The notes below the pieces were generated by a model. It saw nothing but the letters and a program-made list of their open reading frames with translations, ran no database searches and was not told the DNA's origin. A stretch of DNA of 64,000 bases from Pristiophorus japonicus (Eukaryota), in the NCBI RefSeq assembly GCF_044704955.1, contig NC_091987.1, positions 69,068,001 through 69,132,000 on the forward strand, read 5' to 3'. Made by a program: the position numbers and the translations under genes. Of the stretch, positions 48,537 to 60,202 are shown piece after piece (position 1 is the stretch's first letter; every line of letters begins with the position of its first letter).

Positions 48537-49776
48537 TTAAGTGGAAGTGTTTAGCTAGGGAAAAAGTTGGGCCTATTGAGAACCGAAAGGGAAATCTTCA
48601 TATAGAGGCAGAGGACATGGCTAAAGTATTAAATGAGTACTTTGCATCTGTCTTCATAATTAAAGCTTATAATATGAAGGTTACACAAAGAGGAGAGGGA
48701 AGTTAATAGAGAAGACGTACTAAAAAGATTAGCATTATTGAAAGTTGGTAAGTCACCTGGTCCCGATGGAATGCATCCTAGGCTGCAGATAGAAGCAAAG
48801 CTAGAAATAGCAGAAGCATTGGTCACAACCTTTCAATTCTCATTGGATACAGGACTAGTGCCGGAGGACTGGAGTGTTGCTAATGTTATATCACTATTCA
48901 AGAAAGCAGAGAGGAATAAACCAGAAAAATACAGGCCAGTCAGCCTAATAACAGTGGTGGGGAAGTTATTTAAAACCATTAGTAGATGGATTTGTTAAAG
49001 TTAAATCGTGTCTGACTAACTTGATTTAATTCTTTGATGAGGTAACAGAGAAAGTTGATCAAGGTAGTGCAGTAGATGTATATATGGACTTTCGAAAGGT
49101 ATTCGACAAAGTGCCACTCAGGTTTATAAGAAACTGTAAGTCCATGGAATTGAGGGGAAAGTGGCAATACAGATATGAAATTGGCTCTGTGACAGGAAGC
49201 AAAGGGTATTGGAGGATGGATGTTTATCAGAGTGGGAGGTGGTTTGCAGTGGTGATACCCAAGGATCAGTTTTGGGTCCATTCAATTTTTATAAATGACC
49301 TAAACTCTGGTGTAGGGAGAAGCATTATAACGTTTGCAGATGATATGAAACTTGGCATGGTAGTAGATAGTGATGAAGATAGTTATGTTTCAGGATGACA
49401 AGGACAGGATGGTGAAATGGGCGGAACTATGGCAGATGAGTTCAATGCGGAGAAGTGTGAAGTGATACACTTTGGGAGGATTAATATGGAAAGACAGTAT
49501 ACTATAAATGGCACGATTTTGAAAAGTGTAGATGAGCAGAGAGACCTTGGTGTTCATATACATAAATTGTTAACGGTGGCAGGGCAAGTTGATAAGGTAG
49601 TTAAAAAAGAATATGGGTTACTTGGGTTTATAAATGGAGAATATAAAAGTAAAGAGATCTTGATAGAACTTTATAAATCATGGTTAGGCATTAGCTGGAA
49701 TATTGTGGACACCACATTTCATGTAAAGGCATTTAGAAAGGGTACAGAGGAGGTCTACCAGGATGTTATCAGGGAT

Positions 49777-51187
49777 AGAAACATAGAAAATAGGTGCAGG
49801 AATAGGCCATTCAGCCCTTCGAGCCTGCACCATCATTTAATATCATGTATTTAAGTACCCCATTCCTTCTTTCTCTCCATACCCCTTGATCCCTTTAGCC
49901 TTGAGAGCCACATCTAATTCTCCTTTGAATATATCTAACGAACTGGCTCCAACAACTTTCTGTGGTAGAGAATTCCACATGCCCACAACTCTGTGAGTGA
50001 AGAAGTTTCTCCTCATCTCGGTCCTAAATGGCTTACCCTTTATCCTTAGACTGGTTCTGGACTTCCCCAACATCGGAAACATTCTTCCTGTATCTAACCT
50101 GTCCAATCCCGTCAGAATTTTATATGTTTCTATGATCCCCTCTCATTCTTCTAAATTCCATTGAATACAAGCCTAGTCAATCCAGTCTTTCTTCATATGT
50201 CAGTTCTGTCATCCCGGGAATCAGTCTGGTGAACCTTCGCTGCACTCCCTCAATAGCAACAATGTCCTTCCTCAGATTAGGAGACCAAAACTGTACACAG
50301 TATGCAAGGTGTGGCCTTACCAAGGCCCTGTACAACTGCAGTAAACCCTCCCTGCTCCTATACTCGAATCCTCTCGCTATGAAGGCCAACATGTCATTTG
50401 CCACCTTCACCGCCTGCTGCACTTCAATGACTGATGTACCATGACACCTAGGTCTCGTTGCACCTCCCCCTTTACCAATCTGTCACCATTCAGATAATAA
50501 TCAGCCCTCCTGTTTTTACCACCAAAGTGGATAACCTCACATTTTTCCACATTATACTGCATCTGCCATGTATTTGCCCACTCACCTAACCTGTCCAAGT
50601 CACCCTGCAGCCTCTTAGCATCCTCCTCACAGCTCACACTGCCACCCAGCTTAGTGTCATCTGCAAACTTGGAGATATTACATTCAATTCCTTTGTCTAG
50701 ATCATTAATGTATATTGTAAATAGCTGGGGTCCCAGCACTGAACCTTGCGGTGCCCCACTGGTCACTGACTGCCATTCTGAAAAGGACTCATTTATTCCT
50801 ACTCTCTGCTTCCTGTCTGCCAACCAGTTCTCTATCCACGTTAGTACATTACCCTCAATACCATGTGCTTTGATTTTGCACACTAATCTCTTATGTGGGA
50901 CCTTGTCAAAAGCCTTTTGAAAGTCTAAATACACCACATCCACTGGCTCCCCCTTGTCCACTCTACTAGTTACATCCTCAAAAAATTCCAGAAGATTTGT
51001 CGAGCATGATTTCCCTTTCATAAATCCATGCTGACTTGGACCGATCCTGTTACTGCTTTCCAAATGTGCTGTTATTACATCTTTAATAATTGATTCCAAC
51101 ATTTTCCCCACCACCGTTGTATGTCAGGCTGACCGACCTATAATTCCCTGTTTTCTCTCTCCCTCCTTTATTAAAAAGTGGGGTTAT
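49777..51187 (-). mobile_element. 5'-truncated CR1 nested in the older CR1
   Basis: Minus ORF 50407-51114 has QHGF, FQKAFD and FADD; tail CATAGAAA. Confidence 0.93.
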
Positions 51188-51858
51188 GAGGAGAGGTTGG
51201 AAAAGTTAGGACTGTTCTCCTTGGAACAGAGAAATTAAGAGGTGACCTAATAGAGATTTTCAAGATGATGAGAGGCTTTGCTAGAGTAGATAGAGAAAAA
51301 CTATTCCCTCTTGCGGTATAAAATCATTGGCAAAAGATCTAGAGGAAGGTGATGAGAAATGTTTTCACTTGGTGAGTTGTCAGGATCTGGAATGCTCTAT
51401 CTGAAAAGGTGGTGGAAGCTGATTCCATAAATAATTTTAAAAGAGAATTGGACAGGTACTTGAGGATAAGAAATGTCAGGGTTACGGACAAAGAACGGGA
51501 ATGTGGGACTAATCACGACTGCTCTTCCAAAGAACCAGCACAGGCATGATGGGCTGAATGGCTTCCTCCTGTACTGTAATGTTCTATGATTCTGATACCT
51601 TCATGCTGAAATTTGGGGCTTTGGATTAAATAAAGCTCTCAACTTACTCCTTGTAATTTCATTGGTGTTTTCTTTGCTCGGGAGTAAACACCATTGCAAT
51701 ACTGGCTGTAGTAGAGAGAATCTCTTTAATTTGAGAGCTCCGCTATTATGAAAAATATAATGTTCTATAATGGGGTTGCATGCATATTCTTATCTATATG
51801 GTGCACTATATAATGATATGCTAAAGTTCAGTGACTATAATTCATATTTCTTTCTTAG

Positions 51859-52134
51859 CACAAGTTATTGATGGTCTCCATATCTCATTGACGCCTGATG
51901 AAATGCTGCTTTGCCACTCTTTGGGGTGGTACCCAGCCCCAGAGATTACCTGGAGTGACACATCTGGTAACATTTTGGACAAAGATTGTGATACAACCCT
52001 GACGACAGACAACAATGGATTCTTTAACGTGTCACATGTCCTAAAACAGCATAACTTGGAGGATCAGTACATCTGTTCCATAAAGCATAAGTGGATGGCA
52101 AAGCCTCAGCATATTCGAGCAGCATTCTCATTGG
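51859..52134 (+). CDS. B7/butyrophilin-type IgC exon
   Basis: tttcttag|CA ... TTG G|gtgagt (phase 1-1). LLCHSLGWYPAPEITW...TD.NGFFNVSHVL...YICSIKH fits the CxSxGWYPxPxxxW motif of B7/BTN C domains. Confidence 0.9.
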
Positions 52135-53279
52135 GTGAGTTTATTTGTGAGGCTAATGCTCAGATTAAATGTAACTTTATAAACCATTTTAAGAGTTGTA
52201 AAAAAGAATTATATCTGTTGGGTAGAAGGAGAATCACAGCAAGAACAAAATTATAGAAGCTGACTAAGCTCAAAGATAACCTAAAGGAGAAGCAGGAATA
52301 TTTTGAAGACACCGGAAACATATGCTTTGAAATTATGCTGTGTGATATTAGAATGAAGGCTCACATTCATTTGAAATTCCTTTGTTACTTTAATGGAGGT
52401 GTTGACCCAACAAGATGGATTCAGACAGAAAGTGAAAACCCAATCAATAATTCAAGGAATACCTTGGATAACTAGGAATTGACTGATGGGTTGGAAGAAT
52501 TCTTGATATCAGTCTTCACAAATAGTTGGATTAATGTCTTGTTAAACTGGCAGCTAACATAAGGTTATTAATACAAATGTATTAAGTTTGTTTTTAGTAT
52601 GGGAGTATTGCATTGCGTGATTTCACCTACAGGTCTAGTTTTGTAAGGCTGTTACAGTGTAAGCTGTTAGTGACCAAAAGTGCAGAATCTTTTGCTTGAA
52701 TGTGACTTAATCTGCCAGTTTCCTCAGGGGTTGATAGTTTAAATGAGAAACAAATGCAAAACCTAATATAGATTCATATTTATTTAAATAAAGAAACATG
52801 GATCGACTCAAACAGGGATGAACCTTTCTGTCCATGTTAAAAATGTATCACCTTTATCTGTCATGTACTTGAAACTATTCTTGAGGAGGGAAGTCAGGGA
52901 ACAGTCAGGTCAGCCACTTCAGGACTAAGCATATTTAGAACCTTGTGAGCAAATCAAAATGTTCTTATGTAAATTTCTTTTTTTTTTATAAATGAATATT
53001 ACAATCTGCTCAGCCAGATTAACTAACTTTGGGACAGCTATACTGGTTGTAGCTCATGAAAAGCTTTAAAAGATTATTGTTAGTGGTGCTGAATGATTGG
53101 TATGAAATAGCCCAATGTTACATATAAAATAGGCATCACCTGCACTCTGACATTTAGTGATTGTAATCATAATATATCTTGAACAGTTATCTTGGATAAT
53201 GCAGGACTCTAATATGTTGGCACTGTTTTTACACATCTGCACCTCATAACCACACTAGCAGAACAAATACTGAAGGGGC

Positions 53280-54820
53280 TATAGGAAGGGAGGGAACTTA
53301 AAACAATCATTATCACTAGAAAAAAAGTACTCGGTAAAATAATGGGACTAAAGGTGGACAAGTCCCCTGGACCTGATGGCCTGCATCCTAGGGTCTTAAA
53401 AGAAGTGGCTGCAGAGATAGTGGATGCATTGGTGACAATCTACCAAAATTCCCTGGATTCTGGAGAAGTCCCAGCAGATTGGAAAACTGCAAATGTAACA
53501 CCCCTATTGAAAAAAGGAGGGGGATAGAACGCAGGAAACTAAAGACTAGTTAGCCGAACATCTGTTGTTGGGAAAATGCTGGAGTACATTATTAAGGAAG
53601 CAGTAGCAGGACATTTGGAAAAGCATGATTTAATCAAGCAGAGTGGGCATGGTTTTATGAAAAGGAAATCATGTTTGACAAATTTGCACAAGATAAGAAT
53701 TCACGAGGTTGGGGGTAATATATTAGCATGGTTAGAGGATTGGTGAACTAACAGAAAACAGAGAGTCGGGATAAATGGGTCATTTTCCGGTTGGCGAACG
53801 GTAACTACTGGGGTGCCACAGGGATCGGTGCTGGGGCCTCAACTATTTACACTCTATATTAATGACTTGGATGAAGGGACCGGGTGTAATGTAGCCAAAT
53901 TTGCTGGTGCTACAAAGATGGGTGGGTAAGCAAATTGTGAGGAGGACACAAAGAATCTGCAAAGCGATATAGACAGGCTAAGAGTGGGCAAACATTTGGC
54001 AGATGGAGTGTAATGTGCGAAAGTGTGAGGTTATCCACATTGGCAGGAAAAATAAAAAGCAAATTATTATTTAAATGGAGAGAGGTTACAAAATTCTGCA
54101 GTGCAGAGGGACCTGGGGGTCCTTGTGCATGAAACATAAAGTTATTATGCAGGTGCAGCAAGTAATCAGGAAGGCAAATGGAATGTTGACCTTTATTGCA
54201 AGGGAAATAGAGTATAAAAACAGGGAAGTCCTGCTACAACTGTACAGGGTATTGGTGAGGCCACACCTGGAGTGTACAGTTTTGGTCTCCTTATTTAAGG
54301 AGGGATATACTTGCATTGGAGGCAGTTCAGAGAAGGTTCACTAGGTTGATTCCTGAGATGAACGGATTGACTTACGAAGAAAGGTTTGGCCTATACTCAT
54401 TGGCTTTCAGAAGAATGAGAGATGATCTTATTGAAACATATAAGATACTGAGGGGGCTCGACAAGATAGATGCAGAGAGGATGTTTCCATTCATGGGGGA
54501 ATCTGGAACTAGGGGACATAGTTTAAGTATAAGGGTCGCCCATTTAGAACTGAGATGAGGGGAAATTTCTTCTCTGAGGGTAGTAAATCTGTGGAATTCT
54601 CTGCCCCAGAGATCTGTGGACACTGAGTCATTGAATATATTTAAGGTGGAGATAGACAGATTTTTGAGCGACAAGGGAGTGAAGGGTTATGGGGAGCGGG
54701 CAGGGAAGTGGGGCTGAGCCCAAGATCAGATCAACCATGATCTTATTAAATGGCGGAGCAGGCTCGAGGAGACAAATGGCTTACTCCTACTCCTATTTCT
54801 ATGTTCTTATATTCTTATGT
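53280..54820 (+). mobile_element. 5'-truncated degenerate CR1 LINE
   Basis: KSPGPDGLHPR, GVPQGSVLG and RPHLE motifs; TTCTTATG tail. Confidence 0.92.
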
Positions 54821-54843
54821 CTTTATATTTCCTTTATTTTCAG

Positions 54844-54896
54844 GTGGGAAAAACATGCTTCATTTTGTTGCTGAAAACAATTCGCCAGGTTTATAA
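54844..54896 (+). CDS. Putative short tail exon of the B7-family gene (hydrophilic, no TM)
   Basis: Strong acceptor cctttattttcag|GT; phase 1 gives GGKNMLHFVAENNSPGL*. May instead splice at CCAG|gtttat (54888) to 56937 (EQHFNKIHSK*). Confidence 0.45.
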
Positions 54897-55867
54897 ATCA
54901 AAAGCTGTGATGCCTTTGGAGCCTTCAGATAGTTTCTCTGAATAATTCTGATTCTCACTGGATTTCAAAGCTTTTCCAGAAGGAAACCTGCACATGTTTT
55001 ATCCAATTAAGGAATAGTCTGATTCTTTGCTTATTGATTAAGGAAATCTTTTGTCTTTTAAAAAATCTCACCGAGGAACTGGGAGATAAATGGCTGTCCT
55101 TTATGTATCTGAAAAATGTGTGGCTAGGGCAGGAAAATTAAAAATTGGGGTTGGGGGCACCTCGGCATTGATGCCAGATGTCATATTTACATACGGGTTG
55201 AGTCCGAGTCGAATCTCGTGCTGGTGTGGCGATGAGATTCGTTGCACACCTGGCGCAGCACTCCCCGGCAGTGCTTCTATGTGCCGTCGCAAAACCCGAC
55301 CGGAGGATCACGACCGGACGAAAAAGACCTCACTGCCCCGTTTTTCACCGCGGAGTGTCAAAACTCGGCGAAACCTGGGTCACAAATGTCCTGAAAATAC
55401 AGCCCTGGATCTCTAGAAATAAACCTTACTGCTTGGTTTGCTTTTTTAATGGCCTTACTAACCTGTGTCGCTAATTTTAGTGATTTGTGTATTGCTACTC
55501 TGAGATCCCGTTGCTCCTCTATTCCGCCCAGATTCGCACCCGCCAGGTAATAAGTGACTTCGCTATTCTTCCTACCAAAATCTAATATCTCGCATTTATC
55601 TGTGTTGAAATTAATTTGCCAATTATATGCCCATTCTGCGTTTATTAATGTCCTCCTGTAATTTGTTGCAGTCCACCTCCGTATTGACTACCCTCCAATT
55701 TTCTGTCATCCGCAAATTTAGAAATTGTGTTTTCGATTCCAAAGTCCAAATCGTTAATATAAATTGTGATTATTACGCATAAGCAGGATTTATAGGGGTA
55801 AATATAGGTGTGACAGCAGGCTATGTACATCAGTATTGGGCTGGAAAATTTCACTCTAGGTTTAGGG

Positions 55868-56382
55868 GTCTTGCTATTGAGGGAGTGCAGCGAAGGTTCA
55901 CCAGACTGATTCCCGGGATGGCGGGACTGACCTATCAAGAAAGACTGGATCAACTGGGCTTGTATTCACTGGAGTTCAGAAGAATGAGAGGGGACCTCAT
56001 AGAAACGTTTAAAATTCTGACGGGGTTAGACAGGTTAGATGCAGGAAGAATGTTCCCAATGTTGGGGAAGTCCAGAACCAGGGCACACAGTCTAAGGATA
56101 AGGGGGAAGCCATTTAGGACCGAGATGAGGAGTAATTTCTTCACCCAGAGAGTGGTGAACCTGTGGAATTCTCTACCACAGAAAGTTGTTGAGGCCAATT
56201 CACTAAATATATTCAAAAAGGAGTTAGATGAAGTCCTTACTACTAGGGGAATCAAGGGGTATGGTGAGAAAGCAGGAGTGGGGTACTGAAGTTGTATGTT
56301 CAGCCATGAACTCATTGAATGGCGGTGCAGGCTAGAAGGGCCGAATGGCCTACTCCTGCACCTATTTTCTATGTTTCTATGA
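55868..56382 (+). mobile_element. Short CR1 3' fragment
   Basis: IEGVQRRFTRLIPGM...VVNLWNSLP; (TTCTATG) tail. Confidence 0.9.
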
Positions 56383-57146
56383 TTCCATAAATTAGTGCTG
56401 GAGCAGAATTTTGTGTGACAGAAAATCATGTGGAGTGTACTGGCCTCCAGGTTGGCATTCCTGACATGTTCTCTGTTCACATGAAGCTCTGCACTATAAT
56501 GGCCTTGAATTTGTGGTTAGAGGCTTCCCGCAGGAAAAGGTCACCGATCCGCAAAGAGAAGGCCCATGTACCTAGTGGTCCAGGAGGTACGGAGATTCGC
56601 TGTCCTGAGCCTCTCCGGTACCCGCAGGTAGAGACCTACATATCTCGGGCGCACGCGGTTTGCAAGCGCCCCTGGGCTCACGTGGGCTGGCCCAACCAAT
56701 AAAAGAGGGGAATCCCGCTTCATGCTTATAGAGATTCTGTATGTAATGTGTAAATGATTACTATTTGTTTTTTATGTTTTATTAAACTCTTTTACCAGGT
56801 GTAAGAATTTCACATGCATTCACTGAGCAAATAGCGAGGCCCCATAGGGGCCACAAGTTATAGCCCATTATCGTACACTTGTCAGATTATGATAGAATTT
56901 GTAGATAGTATTCTGACTATCATTGTCTTATCGCAGAGCAACATTTTAACAAGATACATTCAAAATGACATGGAAAGTGTTGTTGAGTTTATTTTGTGTA
57001 CTTTATGACTTGTTTGCTTCCCTACCCCCATCCCCATTTACTTGCTTACCCGTCGAGTTTTCTGGACAAATTCCATTCCCGATACTTCAATTTAGGATAC
57101 ATTTGGTAATTCCAGTTTCAGACACAGTTGAGATTAGAATTTAATT

Positions 57147-59611
57147 GGGTGGAATTTTCCAGGAGGTCAGCTGCGGGTCGGATGGGAAATGTTTTTTTTT
57201 GACAGCAGGTCGGAACCCCGCTGTCAACCCGCCATCACACACCTTTCTCAAATGTCTGGTCTGTCAGCACTCAGCAGACCCGACACACAGCAGCGGGGGA
57301 GGCACTTTTAACAGAGGATTAAGAACTATTTTCAGCTCACCTTCAGAGTTTACCAGGTTGCCCTCGCTGCTTGGGCATAATGCCTGGTAAGCTGCATGGG
57401 ATTTTAATGACCATGGAATCATCTCATTACTTGACAGCTGCAAATGTGCTGTAAAAGCTCCCATCTCACAGCTGTACACTTTCCAAGCTCAGAAGCTGTT
57501 GCTTACTGTATTTGGAAGACAGATTGAGCTTTATGCAGGTTGTAAGTGTTTGGACCAAACTATCCAGTGTCACCTCATTAGAACAATCTCCCTCACCATT
57601 GACAGATTGCTTCTGTCATCTCAAGTTTACCTACCATCTATTACATTAGAATGGATACGGTTTATACTGTCTCACCTTGGTCTTCAGAATCTGACCACAA
57701 TCAGCCGCCATACCAGCAGAAACAGGCACACCAGCAGCACCAACAACAAGACCACCAACCTTCTCAACCACCTGATGCTGCACAGGGCATCAGAGCACGG
57801 ATGGACCGTGTCGAAGGCGATACCCCCAACACAGGGTATACAGGCTGAGGATGCATTTCCTCAACATGACTGAGCACCAGTCCTAAAGAAGGCTCAGGTT
57901 ATTGCGCCAGGTCGTTGCAGATATTTGCAGATTGCTGGAGCAAGACCTGCAGCCCAGAGGAACGGGTGGACACCCCTTACCAGTAGCTGTCAAAGTCACC
58001 ACCGCCCTCAACCTCTTTGCCTCAGGCTCTTTCCAGAGATCTGCAGCAGACATTTGTCTCGCATCTCGCAGTCAGCTGCATCACACAGATCACCGATGCA
58101 TTCTTTGACAAGTCAGCCAATTATATCAAGTTTTCCACTGATGAAGCCAGTGTTACTGATCGCGCTTGGCTTTGCAGCTCTGAAAACTTGCCACGGATGC
58201 AGGGCCTCATCGTCCGCACACACTGGCCATCAGGGCACCCAATCATCACCCAGGAGTTGTCAACCATAAAGGCTTCCACTCCCTCAATGTGCAGCTCATC
58301 TGCAACCATAGGAAGATCATCATGCTTGTGTGTGCCAATTTCTCTGGCAGCTGCCATGACTTTCATCCATCCTCCCTCAACTCTTTGCTCCTCCAAACAG
58401 ACTTGCATCTGGCTGCTTGGAGACAAGTGCTATGTACTGAAGACTTGGCTCATGACATCTTTAAGGAGCCAAGAAATGAGGCTAAGGAACATTATAATCA
58501 AAGCCACATCTCCACCAGAAGTATCAGAGCAGACAATAGAGTTGCTTCACAGATCTGGAGGAGCCCTTCAGTACACACCAGCATGAGGTGGAAGACGAGG
58601 ATGAGGAAGACCTAGAGGAACCGATAGTCCAGATTCCACCAGTACGCAAACACAGTGTTGCCTGTGAGGCCAGGGATGGCCTCATCATGTCCAGATTTAT
58701 TTAACTTTACGCAGCTCAGCCATGTGGCTGGCACCTATGTAGCCAGGTTGGCATCGCCCCACACCAACACCATAAAGCATCCCTACAATGCCCTAACCAT
58801 TCCTTTCACACTCATCAGCATTGCGGGGGTACCGTTATGTCTCATCATTCACTGCAACTCACTAAGCAATGCAATGTGTTCAAAATAAAGGTTTCAATAT
58901 TTAACACCACATTAACCAAAACTTTACATGAACATTTCATAAAACACCCAAGTGCCTACCCTTGTGTGTTGTTCGTTGGTATGATTGCACTAGGATGAGC
59001 GTGTGTGAGGATTGGCTAGTAAGATGGGGATGTGATAATGTAGATAGAAAGGGATAGGTGGAGTTGCAAGTTAAGTTGGTGTGAGTAAGGATGTGCAGGA
59101 GTAGGGTAGGGAAGGCAGATTGATGGGGATGCGATGAGTGTGACTTTGCAGTAACTTTTCGTGATCTACTGAGATAATTGAAACATTTGCGCCACTGCAG
59201 CCAGGCCCTGACGATATCCCTGTTTGTGTCCTCCTGAGCAATGTGTAACCAGGCTGCATTGGTCTCCTGGGGGGAGATCTCTTCCATCCATTGGAAGGGA
59301 AGCGAACCTCCTTGCGTGTTATGTCTCCCTCCAAAAGCATATGGAGGGAGACATAACCTTTTGTGCAGTGCTTGCAGCATTTAAATGCTGTAGAACACAG
59401 CACAAATGTCAAAATAAATTTGCGCATGGTCCCTTTAAGGAAACTGGCTGCTGACACGTCATCAAATGATGTCATCAGACCTGCTTCCTTCAATTGGCCG
59501 GCAAACACGCTGTGCGGACTTAACAAGCCCAATCAAGGGAAAATCATTCAACACAGCTGGCTGGAGACTGCAGCGAGGCCGGGACCCACCAACGTTGGTA
59601 AAATCCAGCCT
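57147..59611. mobile_element. Degenerate Harbinger: transposase pseudogene (+, ~57650-58620) convergent with a Myb 5' exon (-, ~59370-59150)
   Basis: [33 protein letters not shown] and HRSGGALQYTP; TIRs GGGTGGAATTTTCC and rc AGGCTGGATTTTACC. Confidence 0.85.
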
Positions 59612-60202
59612 TTGGAAATTGTCTTGGAAATCAGTAAATAATTGCGTTGGACATTGCAGACACAAGCCCTTATGACACTTCATTGATAGATGATTAGAAT
59701 GGCAATTGATATACCTGGAAATACTTCCATAGAATTTTCAATGTAATAGCCTCATTTTTGACATATTTGTAATTACCTGTAGTTGCTTCTGTAATAGGAT
59801 TTTCCCATTTAGAACACTTCTGTCAAATTTTCCCTCTCACACAACGTCTGATCCTGTGTAATTTCCCTGTTAAAAATACTTTGAATCGGTAAACAGGTGC
59901 TGGCCAGCAGTTGGTGTGGAGTCGATTAGTCAACTAGCATCTGAAAAGTTAAGATCTGCCATTTTTTCCAGTAACTGCATTTTTTTTTGTCTAAAATAAG
60001 GATTTAAACAAAAAAAATGTTAAAATCACTTCTAGTTCAAATTTAAACCAATGCTTCACGATAACATGATTACATTTATTTTATTACATTTATTTACTCT
60101 AATTTCTCATCTATATGCTGTCCCTTAGAGATGTCATCTGAAATCACGGAGTCATTTTCCACATGTATGCTGATGACACCCAGCTCTACCTCTCCACCAC
60201 TT

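Larger units (their letters stand above)
46490..51590 (+). mobile_element. Old degenerate CR1 LINE hosting Harbinger and CR1 insertions
   Basis: Fragments KSPGPDGMHPR (48738), MDFRKVFDKVP (49084) and FNAEKCEVIHFG (49417); 3' UTR at ~51190-51590. Confidence 0.8.
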
